64,000 bases of DNA. It comes from Methanobacteriota archaeon (lineage in GTDB: Archaea; Thermoplasmatota; Poseidoniia; Poseidoniales; Poseidoniaceae). Every line of letters begins with the position of its first letter. The stretch's first letter is position 1. The notes under the pieces were generated by a model that saw only the letters and a list, made by a program, of their open reading frames with translations, had not been told where the DNA came from and made no database searches. The position numbers were made by a program, and so were the translations under genes. The stretch is taken from the NCBI GenBank assembly GCA_038130705.1, contig JAYPOA010000001.1, positions 2,333-66,332 of the forward strand. Direction: 5' to 3'. This document shows, piece by piece, positions 63,730-64,000 of this stretch.

Positions 63730-64000
63730 ACCCTTCCCTCATTCTTGATTATTGAAAGGGGGTTAATCGGTTTTCCCTTCACGGGCGCCTTCTAAGTGGC
63801 TTTACATAGCCTGAAGATTCGTTTCGACGCTGTTCCTTAGAGAGTATCTTCGGTGCGGGCGGAGGGTTGTGTTGGTCCATCCCCAGAACACCTCCATATG
63901 ACTCAACTTCATCAACATCATATGTCGCAGCAGCTTGTTCTGCTTCTTCCTCGATTTCAGTTGGGCTTCTCATGACAGCCCACCCTAGTATCAATACAGC

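Noticed and set aside
63779-63994. 71-aa minus-strand ORF at the window edge
   Set aside because: It has a Pro/Arg-rich low-complexity translation and lies 6 nt from the window end. It cannot be supported as a gene from this sequence alone.

Overview
This 64 kb window looks like a gene-dense archaeal chromosomal segment, about 90% coding and roughly 40% GC. I infer it comes from a Thermoplasmatota or Marine Group II-like euryarchaeon, from the mix of bacterial-type gyrA/gyrB and mutS/mutL with archaeal translation and replication genes; this is an inference, not a database result.

The main genes I can support:
- DNA metabolism: gyrA, gyrB, mutS, mutL, a Hel308 helicase and an RPA plus RPA-associated-protein operon.
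- A conserved archaeal translation cluster: L44e, S27e, aIF2-alpha, Nop10 and a PAC2-family protein. Small ribosomal genes L37e and S27e are absent from the ORF track, and so is a tRNA-Ser(CGA).
- Metabolism: purF, etfB/etfA next to an acyl-CoA dehydrogenase, aroA, aroD, moaA, GGPP synthase, geranylgeranyl reductase, two tandem squalene/phytoene-synthase-family genes, and tldD/pmbA.
- A FlaI/TadA-like pilus ATPase with two T2SS-F-domain membrane genes, and a pilin-like gene 6 kb away.
- Several large secreted or membrane-anchored proteins.

The most unusual locus is at 18.5-21.9 kb. Two tandem paralogous genes each fuse a Cas4/RecB-family PD-(D/E)xK nuclease domain, carrying a Cys4 Fe-S signature, to two C-terminal RPA-like OB folds. 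They are packed tightly behind rpl10e and ABCE1 on the same strand and end 10 nt from the tRNA-Ser. On the other side of the tRNA sits a small beta-grasp protein ending in Gly-Gly.

I found no CRISPR array, integrase or transposase. Gene starts are approximate: the ORF track uses GTG and TTG starts in places and I adjusted a few by motif. All calls come from reading translated motifs by eye.
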